Of a stretch of DNA of 32,000 nt, positions 28,832 through 32,000 are shown in pieces. The translations under genes and the position numbers were made by a program. The stretch covers positions 840,001-872,000 of the forward strand of contig NZ_LT549890.1 in the NCBI RefSeq assembly GCF_900079115.1. Direction: 5' to 3'. The notes below the pieces were generated by a model that was not told where the DNA came from, searched no databases, and was given only the letters and a program-made list of their open reading frames with translations. Each line of letters starts with the position of its first letter. Within the stretch, counting starts at the first letter, position 1. This DNA comes from Saccharolobus solfataricus. GTDB taxonomy: Archaea > Thermoproteota > Thermoprotei_A > Sulfolobales > Sulfolobaceae.

Positions 28832-30676
28832 ATGATCCCCTTAGACCAGTGTGAGGAGGAGTGGCTTTTACCAACTAGGACTGGAGGATATGCATCATCT
28901 ACAATATGCGGAATAAACGCTAGAACTTATCATGGATATCTAATAGTACCACTAAACCAACCACATCATAGATTTCTAATACTTTCCAAGTTTGAGGATT
29001 TCTTACTTATTAACGGCGATACATACTCGATGTCTACTAATTATTATCCCGGCTCCTACTATCCAGATGGTTATAAATATTTAATTAAAGTTGAAAAAAA
29101 CAGTAATAGCAAAATAACTTGGCATTATGACTTTGGTTATTCGCAAGTGGAAAAAACTCTAAGAGTTCATAAAGGCTATAATGCAATAACAATCACCTAT
29201 ATTGCAACTAGGGGTAAATTCAAATTATGTCCCTTCATTACCTTTAGAAGCCATCATCTAGCTAAGAAATTACAGAATGAGTTCTTTACATACGAGATTT
29301 ATCCTCCAAATACAATTTACATATTATATGAGGGGAAGAGGATTTTGAACTTTGAGATTCATGATAAGTATGAGCTTTTTAATTCTGGTTATTGGTACTA
29401 TAACTTTATTTATAAATTAGATCAAGAATTAGGAAACAACTACATAGAAGATTTATATAATCCTTTCTGCATTGTCTCAACCTCAAATAAGATCTCGGTT
29501 ACGGTATATTATGATCAACGTCCAAAGGATCTAAGCGTTGAAGAAAATGAACATTATGACATTTTAAAACTTCTTTCGGCTGCAGGGAAAGACTTTGTAG
29601 TTAAAGGGAAAGATGGTTGGGCAATCATAGCAGGATATCATTGGTTTGACGAATGGGGTAGAGATACTTTCATATCTTTGGAGGGACTTTTGCTTGTTGA
29701 CAAGCAGTATGATATTGCTAAAGAGATAATTCTCAAGTATTTAAATCTAGAAAAAAGGGGTATGCTACCGAACAATTTCATAAGCTATAATGGAGAACCA
29801 GTATACAGAGGTGTCGATATTTCGCTCTGGGCTATAAATGCAATTTACAAAACTTATATTTACTCACGAGATAAGAACTTCATCAGAAAGGTAGTAGATA
29901 AGGTTCTAGACATAATAGACTGGTATTCCAAGGGAAATGGGGTAATCTATAACGTTGATAACCTAATTTTCCATAAAGGAGCCCCTAGAACCTGGATGGA
30001 CGCTTCATATGATAGTAGGATAGTAACCCCCAGAGAAGGTGCTGCAGTTGAGATAAACGCATTATGGTATAACGCACTAAGAGTAACTGAATTCTTACTT
30101 AACGAACTTGGAGAAAAAGCAGAATATTTATCTGAAAAAGCAGAAAGTGTAAAGAAGTCGTTTGCAGAAAAATTCATTTCACAGGATGGTCTTTACGATT
30201 ATATAAACTGGGATAACATTCCCGATAAGAGCATAAGACCTAATCAAATATTTTCCATTTCTCTACCTTTCCCAATAATAGACGATAAGAGCATAGCTTC
30301 TAAGATTTTAACACTTATTGAAAGTAAGTTGCTTAGACAATATGGATTAAGTAGTTTAAGTAGAGAAGATCCAAACTATAAACCAGTATATAAGGGGGAT
30401 AGGAGAAGTAGAGATGAAGCTTACCACAATGGACCCATATGGCCTTGGTTACTAGGCGCCTATGTTGATTCTAAATTAAGACTTGAAAGCAACATAATGG
30501 AACTAAAACTTTTGTTAGAGTACTTCAATCCCCTTTTAGCTCATGCTAGCAAAAACCAAGGATATATTCCGGAAATTTTTGATGATATACCACCATATAA
30601 GCCAAGGGGCTGTTTTGCACAAGCATGGAGTAATGCAGAGGTATATAGGGTGCTAGTTAACTTGTCCAAACTATAG
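28832..30676 (+). CDS. Glycogen debranching enzyme, archaeal GDE type (amylo-alpha-1,6-glucosidase)
   Basis: 614 aa with [16 protein letters not shown] and [15 protein letters not shown] motifs characteristic of the GDE_C family. It starts 7 nt after the glucoamylase stop codon. Confidence 0.82.
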   Translation: MIPLDQCEEEWLLPTRTGGYASSTICGINARTYHGYLIVPLNQPHHRFLILSKFEDFLLINGDTYSMSTNYYPGSYYPDGYKYLIKVEKNSNSKITWHYDFGYSQVEKTLRVHKGYNAITITYIATRGKFKLCPFITFRSHHLAKKLQNEFFTYEIYPPNTIYILYEGKRILNFEIHDKYELFNSGYWYYNFIYKLDQELGNNYIEDLYNPFCIVSTSNKISVTVYYDQRPKDLSVEENEHYDILKLLSAAGKDFVVKGKDGWAIIAGYHWFDEWGRDTFISLEGLLLVDKQYDIAKEIILKYLNLEKRGMLPNNFISYNGEPVYRGVDISLWAINAIYKTYIYSRDKNFIRKVVDKVLDIIDWYSKGNGVIYNVDNLIFHKGAPRTWMDASYDSRIVTPREGAAVEINALWYNALRVTEFLLNELGEKAEYLSEKAESVKKSFAEKFISQDGLYDYINWDNIPDKSIRPNQIFSISLPFPIIDDKSIASKILTLIESKLLRQYGLSSLSREDPNYKPVYKGDRRSRDEAYHNGPIWPWLLGAYVDSKLRLESNIMELKLLLEYFNPLLAHASKNQGYIPEIFDDIPPYKPRGCFAQAWSNAEVYRVLVNLSKL

Positions 30677-30714
30677 GGATAAGTTTTTTAGGGGTAAAAG
30701 TTTAATCTATTCCT

Positions 30715-31905
30715 ATGAAAATCAGAATACTAACCTTAACTTCATTATCCCACTTTATAAACGACGGAAATAGCTGGGTCCTTCCAGTGACGTTCACATT
30801 CCTAATAACGTATCTTGGTATATCAAAATTCCTAATCGGAATACTATCTGGCGCATTTTTCTTCGGAATATCAGCATTAGCTTCGCCTTTAGTCTCCAAG
30901 ATAGCAGACAAGTTTACCAATTATTCCAGCATAATGGGAATAGGAATATTACTATGGGGAATTGGATTAATATCATTCGGTTACTCAATACAACTCCACT
31001 TTTTGCCATTAGTATTCATTTCAGTGGCAATAGCTGGTTTTGCATCAGCATTCTATCACCCAATAGGTGCGGCTGTTCTATCAATAACATACAAGGGAAA
31101 TGCTGGTATTGCATTAGGCATAAACGGGTCAATGGGTAGCCTTGGCAGGGCAATTTACCCAACATTAACCCTTTCACTATTTGCAATATTGAATAAGGAT
31201 ATGACCTTAGATATGTTAATAATAGGTATAATATCAATAATAGCTGCATTGCCATCAATATTCCTAAAGATTTCTATCACGAAAGAGGAGGATCATAAAA
31301 CACCTTCCTCTTCCAATACCACTAGTACCAGAGGCACATTATTTGTAGTAATCTTATTGACTATCATTGCATTACTACGAAGTATATTTGGTCAAGGAAT
31401 TTCACAATTCCTTCCAACATTATTAGTAGAAAATTATGGTTATTCTTACAACGTTAACTTAGGTGAAGCAATTACAATCGCTCTAGCAGCAGCTATAGTA
31501 GGGCAACCAATACTAGGATTCCTATCAGATAGAGTAGGGAGAAGGCTAATTTACGCTATATCGACCTTTGGTGCTGCCTTAACATTACTTTTGTTTCTAA
31601 AAATACCAAACATAGCCTTGCTATCATTATTTGGATTTTTTAACTTCAGCGCATTCCCACTAATGCTATCAATAGTAGGAGATTTTGTACCTAGAAATTC
31701 AGCGAGTTTTGCCAATTCACTAGTTTGGGGATTAGGAGTTACTGGTGGTGGAGTTATTGGTCCAATAGTAGTGGGAGCAGTATCCCAAGTTTCAAACTTA
31801 GTGTTCGCAAGTGAAATAGTAACCATAATGGCTTTCGTCGCAGGAGCGTTAACAGCATTAATTCCTAAACCACCAAAGAGAACCAAAGTACCATTATTTG
31901 GATAA
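30715..31905 (+). CDS. Major facilitator superfamily transporter
   Basis: 396 aa, strongly hydrophobic with about 12 TM segments, with the MFS motif-A-like GFLSDRVGRRLIY between TM8 and TM9. The substrate is unknown. Confidence 0.8.
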   Translation: MKIRILTLTSLSHFINDGNSWVLPVTFTFLITYLGISKFLIGILSGAFFFGISALASPLVSKIADKFTNYSSIMGIGILLWGIGLISFGYSIQLHFLPLVFISVAIAGFASAFYHPIGAAVLSITYKGNAGIALGINGSMGSLGRAIYPTLTLSLFAILNKDMTLDMLIIGIISIIAALPSIFLKISITKEEDHKTPSSSNTTSTRGTLFVVILLTIIALLRSIFGQGISQFLPTLLVENYGYSYNVNLGEAITIALAAAIVGQPILGFLSDRVGRRLIYAISTFGAALTLLLFLKIPNIALLSLFGFFNFSAFPLMLSIVGDFVPRNSASFANSLVWGLGVTGGGVIGPIVVGAVSQVSNLVFASEIVTIMAFVAGALTALIPKPPKRTKVPLFG

Positions 31906-32000
31906 ATTTTTTATCCATAAATTTTATATAGTTCTCGTGGTTAAAAAGACGGAAAAAATTCTCGGCGGCATTATAACATTACTTATTTTAAAGACGCTTT

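Noticed and set aside
30702-31886. ORFs 30702-30920 (-), 30954-31139 (+), 31016-31258 (-) and 31551-31886 (-), overlapping the MFS transporter gene.
   Set aside because: They are alternative-frame or antisense shadows of a 396-aa ORF with a clear multi-TM pattern and an MFS motif.
31937-32000. A GTG-initiated open frame (VVKKTEKILGGIITLLILKTL...) at the right edge, as the start of the next gene.
   Set aside because: Only 21 codons are visible. The nearest TATA-like block is about 11 nt from the GTG, which is too close. I cannot decide on the frame or the start.

Overview
Low-GC crenarchaeal chromosome segment (hand-counted host lines are about one third G+C). It is almost certainly Sulfolobales and looks like Saccharolobus/Sulfolobus solfataricus: it encodes Cren7 and Alba2, carries an ISC1217-type insertion sequence, and has TATA-like boxes about 25-30 nt upstream of start codons, the spacing expected for leaderless mRNAs. 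The left two thirds is densely packed housekeeping: alba2, an Lhr-like helicase, rtcB, deoxyhypusine synthase, topoisomerase VI B and A, aIF5A, SRP54, a Pus10-like protein, two dehydrogenases, cren7, pyrH, a homocitrate-synthase-type LeuA homologue with a C-terminal RAM-like domain, an intron-containing tRNA-Leu(CAA), rpiA and pyk. Many of these genes are linked by ATGA/TTGA/TAATG start-stop overlaps. A 1147-bp IS (17602-18748) with a perfect 6-bp target duplication splits a DUF202 membrane-protein gene, and I could reconstruct that gene in frame. The right third is a divergently organised glycogen cluster. On the minus strand it runs GH57, glgA, a HEAT-like repeat protein and an FAD oxidoreductase. 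On the plus strand it runs a sugar-1-P nucleotidyltransferase, a GH15 glucoamylase and a GDE-type debranching enzyme, followed by an MFS transporter. I found no CRISPR array, rRNA or recognisable defence system. The points most worth a second look are three C/D-box-like sRNA candidates in intergenic spacers, an untracked 48-aa zinc-ribbon ORF, the two uncharacterised genes apparently riding in the glgA operon, an SDR lacking the YxxxK tyrosine, and a short, divergent Pus10-like protein. All family assignments rest on motifs read by eye; no database search was run.
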